A DNA stretch of 64,000 nucleotides from Octopus sinensis (Eukaryota). Of the stretch, positions 53,128 to 64,000 are shown piece after piece. The translations under genes and the position numbers were made by a program. Under the pieces are notes generated by a model that did no database searches, was not told the DNA's origin, and saw only the letters and a list, made by a program, of their open reading frames with translations. Where the stretch lies: contig NC_042999.1 in assembly GCF_006345805.1 (NCBI RefSeq), forward strand, positions 49,352,001 through 49,416,000. Direction: 5' to 3'. Within the stretch, counting starts at the first letter, position 1, and each line of letters begins with the position of its first letter.

Positions 53128-53690
53128 TCCAGGAAAGATAGAGGTTGTGAATCCAACCAACTAAGGGATAATATCTATCCAATATACTGCTGGTAGAATA
53201 CCCAATTATGAATACACAAGTGTTTTTTATTGCATTGCAAATACATTACCGAGTGTACTACATCGGTGAGGTAAAGAGTTATTTTACCATAAATTAATAA
53301 AGTAATAAGAAAATGCAGGTGACCAATAGGTGATTCTTCAACTTTTAGACATTGTTTTATGTCAATTTATTTATTTATTTATTTATTTATTCATTTACTA
53401 AAATGACAATTACAAGAATATACATACATGTAAAACATATGCTTTACATATAAAATATAAAGATACTAATAGTTATTAAAATATATAACATACAGGAATA
53501 GAAATTGGGAAAATATCTGACAGGTGTTTCAGCCAAGAGGCAAAAATACCTCATTCTACCTTTATCCCTCCAGTAAACTGAAGTAATTAGTAGATGAAAT
53601 TGAGGTACTTGAATATGTCTCTAGGCTTCGTCAGAGATTTTAGAAATTACTTATGGTTAAGTTATAAATATAAATACACACATATTTACA
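53128..53690 (-). mobile_element. ~560-bp non-coding repeat between (TA)n-rich tracts carrying a hammerhead (PLE solo pLTR or retrozyme-like)
   Basis: Contains the HHR at 53515-53638; its end is shared with 30027-30110. Confidence 0.55.
53515..53638 (-). ncRNA. Type I hammerhead, canonical core, ~95-nt extended stem II (family H4)
   Basis: atct-CTGACGA-agcc...ggct-GAAA-cacctg-TC-agat; internal pairings agag/ctct, gtacctca/tgaggtat, tctac/gtaga, cttcagt/actggag. Confidence 0.7.
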
Positions 53691-53713
53691 TACTTATATA
53701 TATATATATATAT

Positions 53714-53764
<51 letters not shown>

Positions 53765-53807
53765 AATGCATACATATATAAATATAAATATATATAAATA
53801 CATAAAT

Positions 53808-54817
53808 ACACCAGTGAAAAATATCTGGGGATCTCAAAGTAATTAGTCTTACTCTAGGTCCCAGACTAGAAAGTATACGTGCTTTCTGTGTTTGGGGAAT
53901 AGTAGAGCAGATGCGGGGTACTACTTAAATAAAGGATTGGACAACAAGACCAAAAGATGACACAGGAAGGTTCAACTGCCTGTACAAACTACCAGTAGAG
54001 CCAGAAAAAGTATTCCTGCTTTCATTACATCTCAAATTAGGCATGACAAAATATTTCATAAAAGGCATGGATCCTAAAGGAAATGGGTTTCAGTACTCGT
54101 GTAAGAAGTTTGCTGGTGTGGTATCGGAAGCAAAGTTAAAAGCGAGGTTTTGAAAGGTGCTTAGATTTGCATGCTGATTAATAATAGTGAGTTTGCTTAA
54201 AACACTAAACCCTTTCGAGACTGCTACAGGGAAATCATTTGTTGATGTGACCCAGAACTTTCTTGGAAATTACCGTGAAGACAACTATGAAGAAATTGCT
54301 GAAACCATGATAGAAAATTATCAAGCTCTGGGTTCACGAATGTCTTTGAAGCTTCATTTCTCTCATTCTCATCAGGATTTCTTCCGAGATAACCTAGGAG
54401 ACATCAGTGATGACCACAGAGAAAGGTTTCACCAAGACATTACGATAACAGAGAGCAGGTATCAGAGCCGGTTCACTCCTAATAAGTTGGGAGACTACTG
54501 CTGGACACTGCAATGTGAAGACAACTAGCAGAACAAGTGTAGAAACAAAATCAGGAAAAGCTTGTTGGACTTCCATTTTTCTCAATATATGAAGTATTGT
54601 TAAAACCAATAAGGCAAATTAAATCACTAGTTAGTATATATACATACCTCCTCGCCATATGTTAAAAAAGGGATGGGGTACGCAGAACATATTTCCCACC
54701 CAAAATACAGAAATCCTGGCCTAGTGTCAAAGCTAAATTCAGCGCTAAATTCAGCGCTAGAAAATTAGTAAGAAGTACATATTCATATGTAAGAACCATT
54801 TTGGCTGTTGACCAGTG
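53808..54817 (+). pseudogene. Degenerate Chapaev3-like (CMC group) DNA transposon, 3' part
   Basis: KISGDLKVISL, CFLCL, LHLKLGM, SEAKLKA, NFLGN, LGSRMSLKLHFSHSHQDFF..NLGDISDDHRERFHQDI...DYCWTL; terminus ...GACCAGTG. The superfamily assignment rests on recalled motifs. Confidence 0.7.
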
Positions 54818-55319
54818 AAATCCATATAATCACTGTTGATGGGGAAAACAACTTCACATGCATCATTTCAAGAGAGAGTATTCTTCTCAGTTATATTAAT
54901 TATTTACGTTGATTGAAGAATGAAAATTAATGTGTAAATGGATTGCCTTAATCTTATTCATTGATGTTTCTATAAGTTACTACTATAGTTCTTGAAGAAA
55001 ATGATGAGAAATTATATTTCTTGATTTCTTGTGAATAATCAAATGCAACAAGCGCACGTGACAAGAATCAATCGAAAGGTGGAATAGAAGTCAACACTGC
55101 TATTCAATCTTGTATTTCAACTATAATATATATATGTAGGACCGGAAACGAGAAAATCCAAGAAGAGATTCATGCAAACTCAGCTATGAATAAATAATTA
55201 GTACATTCTCTAATTGCAAATTGCAAATATCTCTTTCTCTTTCTTTCTCTCTCTCTCTATATATATTTATATATATATATCTCCTTGTGTGTATATATAT
55301 ATACAAACATATATATAGT

Positions 55320-55609
55320 CTTTTTTTCATTTTACTTGTTTCAGTCACTTGACTGCGGCAATGCTGGAGTACCTCATTTTAGTCGACCAAATCGCCCCCA
55401 GGGCTTATTCTTTGTAAGCCTAGTACTTATTCTATCGGCCTCTTATGCCGAACAGCTAAGTTACGGGGGCACACCAACATCGGACGTCATATATATATAT
55501 ATGTGCTGTGTTTTAGAAAGAATAGCTATAACTCTTTGACTGCTATTTCTAAATTCGGTGTGTGGTGAGGCAATTCGTTGCTAAACCCTTAATTGCTTAG
55601 TATTACTAT

Positions 55610-55643
<34 letters not shown>

Positions 55644-55647
55644 ATAT

Positions 55648-55691
<44 letters not shown>

Positions 55692-56092
55692 TATGTCTGT
55701 GTGTAAGTAGCGTGCTTACCAACCACATGGTTCTGAGGTCAGTCCCCTGCGTGGCACCTTGGGCAAGTGTCTTCTACTATAGCCTCGGGCCGACCAGAGC
55801 ATTGTGAGTGGATTTGGTAGACGGAAACTGAAAGAACGCGACGTATATATGTATATGTATATATGTGCGCGTGTGTTTGTGTATCTGTGTTTTTCCTCCC
55901 AGCATCGCTTGACAACCGATGCTGGTGTGTTTACGCCCCCGTAACTTGGCGTTTCGGCAAAAACACACCACCATCGGTTGTCAAGTGATGTTGCGGGGAC
56001 AGACACAAACACACAAACATATACACACACATACATATACATATATACGACAGGCTTCTTTCAGTTTCCGTCTAACAAAGCCACTCACAAGC
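55320..56092. mobile_element. Cluster of SINE family B pieces: 55320-55485 (-), 55697-55961 (+), 55961-56092 (-)
   Basis: Homology to 2890-3303 in alternating orientation. Confidence 0.8.
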
Positions 56093-56149
<57 letters not shown>

Positions 56150-57140
56150 CACACAATATATGCACATACACATATAAATGCATACTTCATTACACAACTT
56201 TTATGTTATGTATGTACTATTGAACTGACAATGTTTCCCTTACTATAATGTTGAAAAAGAAACACCGTATACGTTGCAGCTAACTTGGTAATATTCAACG
56301 TCTAATAATTATTGATTTTTCTATATTTTGGACATTTTTCATTTTAATTTTTATTTTCAGTCTTTCGTTGCATAGTCATGAATATATGTGTATGTATATG
56401 TATATATATATATATGATGTTCGTTCTATGTCACATCGAATGTATTCAAAACTAAAACTGACATTTCAACAATCCCTAGTTTTTATCTCCGCACGACTAT
56501 ATTGCCCAGTGTTACATTGTAGCTTTCGTTTCCCTAAGATTGTAGGATATTATTTGTCGGCGGCTTGGCTACTCGATTCGATGACCGAATAATGCCACCT
56601 TTTGGAGTCATAAAGATGGAAAAGAATCTCTCCAGCTGAATAGAATTCAAATGTATTTCTAGTTTTCATTTTATTAACTCCAACGCAATGAATAGAAAAA
56701 TCAAACTTGAATTGGATGCGAGCTGAGAAATTATTAAAATTCTGCATTGTACCCTTCACACGTTTTATGCCCGTAATTAATAGAAACATATTAATTTTTG
56801 GAATATAACTAAAATATCAATAAATATTAATTAACTATAATTTGTGTTTCTGTAGAAAGGTAAAATTATTAAATTTTAGATGAATATTAAATGTTTATGG
56901 TAATTAAAATATTAATGAATATGAATATATATGTTGACACAACCAACTTCAAAGATAAGTGTATTAAACAATGTGAATGAATACATACATACACATACTA
57001 ACACTCACACACACCACACACCACGCATGCACACGCACACGTACACACATATCCATATATATGTATATTGAAGTATATATTTCTAAATAAATATATATGT
57101 ATATATATATGTGGATAGTATGCATATACCATATAGCTAT

Positions 57141-57191
<51 letters not shown>

Positions 57192-57334
57192 CATACATAT
57201 ATATATGTATGTATGTATATAAATGTGTGTATAGATATGTTTATAGAGAAAACAACAAAAGTGGACAGGCAAGTAGATAGTCATGGTGACATAAGTGACT
57301 CGCAATTAGGTGTTTTATATATATATATTCTTTT

Positions 57335-57543
57335 ATTCTTTTATTCTTTTAAATGTTCCTGCCATTTGACTGCAGCCATGCTGGAGCACCACCTTGAAGG
57401 ATTTCAGTCGAACAAATTGAATCCAGGACTAAGTGTTTATTCTATCGGTCACTATTGCCGAACAGCTACGTTACGGAAACGTAAACATGTCAGGTGGTGA
57501 TAAAGGAGGACAAACACAAACACAAATGCACACTCAGACACAG

Positions 57544-57586
<43 letters not shown>

Positions 57587-57872
57587 CACACACGCACACA
57601 CGACGTGCTTCTTTCAGCTTCTGTCTACCAAATCGACTTACAAGTCTCAGGTCGGTCTGATGGTATAGTAAAAGACTATGGTACAAAACCATGAGATTGA
57701 AACTATAACCATGAGCTTGGGAAGCAAGCTTCTTACCACACAGCCACGCCGATAGAATAAGTACTAGGCTTACAAAGAATAAGTCCTGGGGTAGATTTGG
57801 TCGACTCAAGGCGGTGCTCCAGCATGGCCACAGTCAAATAACTGAAACAAGTGTAAGAGTAAAAGAGTAAGA
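57335..57872. mobile_element. SINE family B copy (-, 57335-57747) fused to an inverted 3' tail (+, 57749-57872)
   Basis: accacacagccac is joined directly to ccgatagaataagtactaggc...gtaaaagag. Confidence 0.8.
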
Positions 57873-59301
57873 GGGTTGAGCAAAATGCACATCTGCTAGT
57901 TTTGGCATCAGACTAAGATGCAGATCTAAAATCTGCATGATTCAATATGTCCTTTAGGTTTTGTAAAACCAGTATGACGTAATTTGAGGAAGGTATTTGC
58001 TATTATTTTTATCTAACTTTCAGTGACATATACTTTGTGTATTTATCATGGCATACTTTGTAACTCACCATCCATCACACTATCTGTAATCAGATACAGC
58101 GTCCGTATCAAATAACATTACAGACCGAGACACATTGATGAACTTTTGTCTGAGATTTAATATTCTAAGGTGATCTGATACCTTTCTTGTTACACTTGAT
58201 ATAATGTAGAATAAAGAACTCTGCTTTTAAACAGCACAAACCACCTACGCATTGACTTAGACGATAGACACTTTAGAAAGTAATCCAATTCTCTCTCCAA
58301 CCAATTATGTTAATTATGTATATGGAAGCATATTTTGTTTCTCTCTATATTTTAGTTTAAAAGAAGTGTGGAGAGCTTATTTGTCTGGAGAGTGAAATTT
58401 GTTACTTCATATCAAATATAATGAAGTCAATTAAATGCTTAATTCGCTAGATTCCATATAATTTATAGATAAGTTTTTTTGGTTTTGCTTTGTTTGTGTA
58501 TGTGTGCGCCGTTGCAGTGTGTAATAAAACGTCTGCAATAATCTTCAATATATTTTCTCTAGCAAAACTAATAAACCTAATTGGCACATGATGAAAGTTA
58601 CTGTACATGTGTCGCCACTATTATACTATCAGTAGAGACCAGTTATTCATGGATTACATATAACCTGCGATCTTGTCTACAGCATAAACAAATCTGATGA
58701 TAATTAACTATATCAAGTAAACGATATTTTGGATACTACTCCAAAATTTTCTCTAGAGTATTTCGCTCTAACGTTACATCACGGCAACTGTATGACTGTA
58801 CATGTCATATTATTAACTAAGTTTCTATATGTTATAACATAGCCGCAGATGTGTGTGTGTGGGTGTATGTGTGTGCGTGTGTGTGTAAGTATGTATGCAT
58901 GTGTGTCTGTGTGTATTTGTAAGTCGCATTGCGTTGGAAACAAACATCTGTGTGATATAGTTAATATCTAGATTTTTTTTATTGTTTTCTATTTTTGGAA
59001 TATTTCAGAGGCATTTGCTGCTTTGTTATTTCGAGAAACGAAATATCAGATTTCAAGGCTATGTTATATTGAATGCATATAACAGTATATTTTTATTTTT
59101 ATTAGTGTTTTGGGTCCTAAATTACATGGGCAATTAATCTCTGAGGAATATGTATCATATGTTATTACTAATTACTAAAGTCATTGTTATATTTTTATAT
59201 TGGAAAACTTTGATTTTATAACATATATCCTATTCTCTTCATTAAACTGATTGAGAATTATTCCTGAGTTTATGATATTTCTAATTGAGATGTATGTAGT
59301 A

Positions 59302-59812
59302 CCGTAAATCCTCGAGTATAAACCGCATTTTCCCCCCAAATTTTAAAGGTCAAAGTCCCTAGTTCGTACTATATACGAGGTTAAAAATGAAAATTATTTT
59401 CTAAGAAATGTCCGAGTCTCTATCTCCTGTCCGGCAATATTTATTCAGACGCATTTTGTGATTAAGCTAAGCCGGAGAGCAATAAAATCATAAAAGAATC
59501 ATCCATAACTTGCAGTAAGCAACATTTATTAATCGTTATTACTGTTATTACTGTTATTACTGTTATTTCTTTATTTTCTGCAAACAAAATGCACAAAAAA
59601 GCTACACGTTTGCATTATGTTATATATACAATAATAATAAATGACGTTACCGTATACAATTTTACAAACCAAGGGCGTTATATAGACCTCCTTGACTGAA
59701 GTTAGAGAAAGGGTGCGTATTATACACAAGGTTTAGGTTTTTCAGATTTACAGCCCCCTAAAAATTCCCTGCGTATTATAATCAAAGGGGGACTATACTC
59801 GAGGATTTACGG
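59302..59812. mobile_element. Tc1/mariner-superfamily (pogo/Tc2-type) MITE, 511 bp
   Basis: Perfect 19-bp TIRs CCGTAAATCCTCGAGTATA / TATACTCGAGGATTTACGG with TA on both sides; no ORF. Confidence 0.9.
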
Positions 59813-60501
59813 TATTTCTTCTATCCCTGGCAGTTAACTCTGATTGTTAGCATATATCGTGAAAGAAACGAAATTTGGTGTTTAGGCCCGTTTCGATACC
59901 GATGAAGCAAGTTTACTATCGAAAGACATATGTTTCAGACGACGGAGGAGATTTGCCTATTTCTTTTTTAGCAAATACAGACTTGATAAGTGCATTGCCA
60001 TTGTTTCAGTTTCCGGTTTTCTAAATTGCAGTGATTAAGATATATCCACGATTATTTTTATGCATTAGCCACATATAGTTATTCTTCAGGCTGTGTGCAG
60101 TAAATGTATAATATAACAATGTTTCAAGTTTAAAAATATTACTTGCTATAAAAAAATTTCAATAGATACTGTTATGATAACAACACATTTTCCTACTAGC
60201 AAGAAAGCGATTTTAATATTTGCCAAACAGAAATCATCACTATATGATGATAATCATATAATAAACGTTACCCTATGTGATCAGTTTGATGCGGGGCTGT
60301 TCATAAATGGCTCCAGTGCATCGTCTGCACTTTATAACTGATATAAAATTATCTCCATCACAAAGGAAGCAAGTGAATTCTACAACGCAACAGCAATGCA
60401 GTATAAGGCTTACATGAACGTTGTTCAAATTGAATACTACGAAATAATTTGCAACAAAACTATAAACGTCCCTTTGCTTTTAAGTTAACGTTGCTTCACT
60501 T

Positions 60502-60555
<54 letters not shown>

Positions 60556-60839
60556 TACTTTTAGAAAACTCATAGTGTGACACGTGACGCGTGACGCGTG
60601 ACGCCTGATATGTTTTTCTTGCACACGTTTGTGACATCAACCGTGTGGAAACGAAGTTTTAATCAAATTCTATTGGCTTTGAGTAAGATATTTTTAAATA
60701 GAATTCTCAAAATATTTACCTTATGATATTACAAATAAGTCATGTATAATGAAAGATATTATATACAGTTTGATTATTTCTTTCCTTCAAAAGCAAATAT
60801 TGTTTTAACCTGATAAAATAAGTGCTCTCTTCTCTCATT

Positions 60840-60880
<41 letters not shown>

Positions 60881-60980
60881 ACACTTTCTCTCTCTTTCTC
60901 TCTCTCATCTTTGTATCGCTTTCTCGCTTTCTCTCGATATATATGTATATCTGTATTTATATATGTATGTTGTGTATGTA

Positions 60981-61071
<91 letters not shown>

Positions 61072-61482
61072 TTTATCTATGTATGTGAGTATGTATGTAT
61101 GCAAATACATGCATATCCAACAATATCGTTTTAACTGCGATTCTCGTTGAAAGCATTGCATTCACCATAAATAGAGGTAGTATGCACATTTAAACATCGA
61201 ACATAAATCAAATCCCCGTCTAAACTACAGCTTGAGCAACAACAATCCCTATGGTCCTGTCGTACTTAAGAAATACAATGGTGCATCGACCTAACAAGTC
61301 TTTGTCACGTGTAAGCCTGAAGAATTACATTAGTCTCAGAAAAGCACATTCAGAAGTAAACTTAGTAATCACACCCAATTTTTCAAATCACTAGATGAAG
61401 GAAACTCAAGTACCCATCCCAGCATTTCTGGAATTTGAAATAAAAGGAATCAATAATATTTCCACATCTTTACATTTAGGGT

Positions 61483-61745
61483 TACTTTTTTACTCTTTTA
61501 CTTGTTTCAGTCATTTGACTGCGGCCATGCTGTAGCACCGCCTTTAGTCGAGCAAATCGACCCCAAGACTTATTCTTTGTAAGCCTAGTACTTATTCTAT
61601 TGGCCTCTTTTTGCCTAGCCGCTAAGTTACGGGGACGTAAACCGTAAAACCAGCATCGGTTGTCAGCGATGTTGCGGGGGACAAACACAGACACAAAACA
61701 ACCACACACACACACACATATAGATATATATATATAATATATATA

Positions 61746-61815
<70 letters not shown>

Positions 61816-61976
61816 ACGAGCTTCTTTCAGTTTCCGTCTACCAATCCATTCACAAGACTTTGGTCGGCCCGAGGCTATAGTAGAAGCCACTTGCCCAAGT
61901 TGTCACGCAGTGGGGCTGAACCCGGAACCATGTGGTTGGTAAGAAAGCTACTTACCACACAGCCACTCCTGCGCCT
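61483..61976 (-). mobile_element. SINE family B, full length
   Basis: Reverse complement of 46894-47343. Confidence 0.85.
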
Positions 61977-62596
61977 ATTGCAATAATATATATAAAAGAT
62001 TTTAAAATGTCTTTAGCATTGAGCAAAATATTAGAGTTCATGTCGAGGTACAGGTCAGGAAGTATGCATCCTTGAGGAAATTCCGGATGCAAATACAATG
62101 AACTGGGATGCTAAGCGTTAGGCAGCCCATATGTAGTATTATTCTACTCAGCTTTCAAGATGTTCATCTGCGATCCAGGTTTATTAGACGTTCAATATAA
62201 CATTGATAACATGATTATAGTAGTAATCTATCGAAGTAATCTCAATTAAATTCTATGTTAATTAGTTATGATGTTCCGGCTTCAAAGGACCGAATTTTTT
62301 ACGTCTTAGTCCAGCAACAGAAGCTGTAATGAGTACGTTATGTCATACCATTCCATCTCACATTGAAGTAAATTATTCCGACACTACGAGGCTTGGCTGT
62401 GAGTTTGAGTTTTCTATACTGCTGCGAAACGATAATGTAAACTCCGAGCTATGACGGAGAAACCCATCTTAGTTTCCAATAAATGATTAAACACAATGAC
62501 TAGTACTGAGTAGATTCGTCTCTCGTTTCTTTAACCAAATCGACAATATTAGTTTGTATAAATTGTATAAGTTTGTATTTCTATCTTTGTATGTGT

Positions 62597-62640
<44 letters not shown>

Positions 62641-62835
62641 TGTGTGTGTGTATCTCCGTGTCTGTGTTAATTAAAGAAATCCTAACAGATTTTCATGTTT
62701 AATTTTTGTATGTTTTACAATTTTACAAACGTGAAACTCAGAATATGTTGAAATTTCATTGACTAATATATCTACATAATCATACATACATGCGTACATA
62801 CATGCATAGACGCGTACATCATATATATATATATA

Positions 62836-62886
<51 letters not shown>

Positions 62887-63069
62887 GTGTGTGTATGATA
62901 TGATATATATATATATACTCATCATATATATATATACATCATATATATTTATATATATAAATATATGCATCATATATATATATATACATATGCATACACA
63001 CATGTATATGTATATATAAACACACACATGCATATGCATATGTAAGCTTTATGTAATGAAGGTATTATT

Positions 63070-63153
63070 GGTCTGATGAGTAGCTTGCGGTCTAATCCTC
63101 CTTTGGATGATATCTACTTCTGAGATTCCGCTATCTATGAAACATGTGTAGCC
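63070..63153 (+). ncRNA. Type I hammerhead, canonical core, ~59-nt extended stem II
   Basis: ggt-CTGATGA-gtag..gcgg...ccgc..ctat-GAAA-catgtg-TA-gcc. Confidence 0.55.
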
Positions 63154-63212
63154 TGAATTTTATCCACACCATTCCCTAATTTTGTATTGTATATATATAT
63201 TATATATCATAT

Positions 63213-63246
<34 letters not shown>

Positions 63247-63412
63247 TGTGTGTGTGTGTGTGTATTATGTATATCGTTACTATTATGTTAACTACAGTAT
63301 GTCCAAATTTGGCCAACGGTTTTTCTATGGAATTGTGAAACTATTTTTTCGTTTTCTGAAAAGCAAACTTTTATACTTACGACACTTTTGCATAATAGCA
63401 ACGATATTATAT

Positions 63413-63459
<47 letters not shown>

Positions 63460-63482
63460 TATGTATATATATATATTATTAT

Positions 63483-63516
<34 letters not shown>

Positions 63517-63531
63517 ATGTATGTATGTTGT

Positions 63532-63571
<40 letters not shown>

Positions 63572-63592
63572 TAGATAGATAGATAGATAGAT

Positions 63593-63626
<34 letters not shown>

Positions 63627-63870
63627 CAATAGATAGATAGATAGTAGATAGATAGATAGATAGATAGATAGATTAAGATAGATAGATAGATAGATAGATA
63701 GAGATGGAGATATATGTAGATATAGTAATAATTAAGTATTTTGGGGATGGGGAGTGCTGCATACATAATCATCCCATGGGATTACTATGAAAGACAGGAA
63801 TAACAAGCGGTAACTAGCAATAAGTAGTATAGGAGCTTTTACAAGACCACTTGGAGTCATATATATATAT

Positions 63871-64000
63871 GATAGATCGGTAGCCACTACACATGTTTAT
63901 TTTTCTCTCCTGTTTTTTCTCTCCTTGTTTCTTTCAGTGTTCCTTTCTGTGGAAGAGCGTAGGCTCGAAACGTAAAAGACTTTTTTCAATTCACGAACGT
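63871..64000 (+). mobile_element. H2 repeat with variant hammerhead (63943-63979), truncated by the window end
   Basis: cttt-CTGTGGA-a-gagc(gtag)gctc-GAAA-cg-TA-aaag; starts gatagatcg like the 17350-17540 copy. Confidence 0.7.

Noticed and set aside
60583-60605. (GTGACGC)3 resembling clustered CRE half-sites
   Set aside because: Short slippage repeat with no nearby gene or promoter evidence.

Overview
AT-rich, microsatellite-dense eukaryotic DNA with no recognisable host protein-coding exon, RNA gene or prokaryotic feature. Most short ORFs in the track are translations of (TA)n, (CA)n, (GATA)n or trinucleotide repeats. The SINE complement suggests an octopod cephalopod (inference). The main feature is a ~4.9 kb Penelope-like retroelement (PLE) on the minus strand (23196-28123), inserted in (TA)n. 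It has two near-identical ~300-bp direct terminal repeats (pLTRs), a coiled-coil/Pro-rich ORF1 and an RT plus C-terminal GIY-YIG ORF. The two ORFs appear to be joined at a T_TTT_TTA -1 slippery site. The window also holds at least four structurally distinct hammerhead ribozyme (HHR) motif families: a U3:A8 variant in the pLTRs, a CUGUNGA variant in ~200-bp repeats, a tRNA-headed HHR SINE that forms head-to-head inversions, and canonical-core HHRs with very long stem II insertions. Remaining content is many tRNA-derived SINEs and remnants of RTE/BovB-like, CR1-like, R4/Dong-like, mariner, Chapaev3-like, Helitron and pogo/Tc2-type MITE elements. All motif, fold and family calls were made by eye. 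Boundaries of degenerate elements are approximate.
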